NCBI GenBank assembly: GCA_051746405.1
Contig: JBNJFB010000032.1
Span: forward strand, 1 to 27,313
DNA length: 27,313 nt
Direction of reading: 5' to 3'
From: Campylobacterota bacterium
Lineage (GTDB): Bacteria; Campylobacterota; Campylobacteria; Campylobacterales; Arcobacteraceae
In this document: positions 27,312-27,313 of the stretch, one piece after another
Layout of the letters: each line of letters opens with the position of its first letter
How positions within the stretch are numbered: the first letter of the stretch is position 1
Made by a program: the position numbers and the translations under genes
Notes under the pieces: model-generated
Seen by the model: the letters and a program-made list of their open reading frames with translations, nothing else
What the model was told of the DNA's origin: nothing
Databases searched by the model: none

Positions 27312-27313
27312 GG

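Overview
Very AT-rich bacterial chromosome segment. Gene content and order (rpsO-Rrf2-DHH, hsrA with a kinase, peb4-fbaA) suggest Campylobacterota, probably Arcobacteraceae; this is an inference. Backbone: moaA (3' part), rpsO, Rrf2 regulator, DHH phosphoesterase, katA with an ankyrin gene, CoA-binding protein, molybdate ABC operon with two ModE-type boxes, HsrA/CosR-type two-component pair, PEB4-like PPIase, fbaA, AraC regulator. Three accessory features stand out. (1) A compact sbtA-sbtB-purK-purE operon joins bicarbonate uptake to the bicarbonate-consuming step of purine synthesis, a candidate low-CO2 adaptation module. (2) An integrase-free defence island of about 8.8 kb splits modB from modC. 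It carries a MazF-type toxin-antitoxin pair, a GmrSD-like nuclease lying between apparent N- and C-terminal remnants of a YeeA/MmeI-like methyltransferase, RhuM, a broken DUF1016 gene, a Fic gene bracketed by a 56-bp duplication and followed by a 40-bp-period palindrome array, and an intact YeeB-like helicase and YeeC-like GIY-YIG nuclease. (3) Hypothetical membrane and beta-propeller genes lie at the right edge. Family calls come from motif recognition, not database searches.
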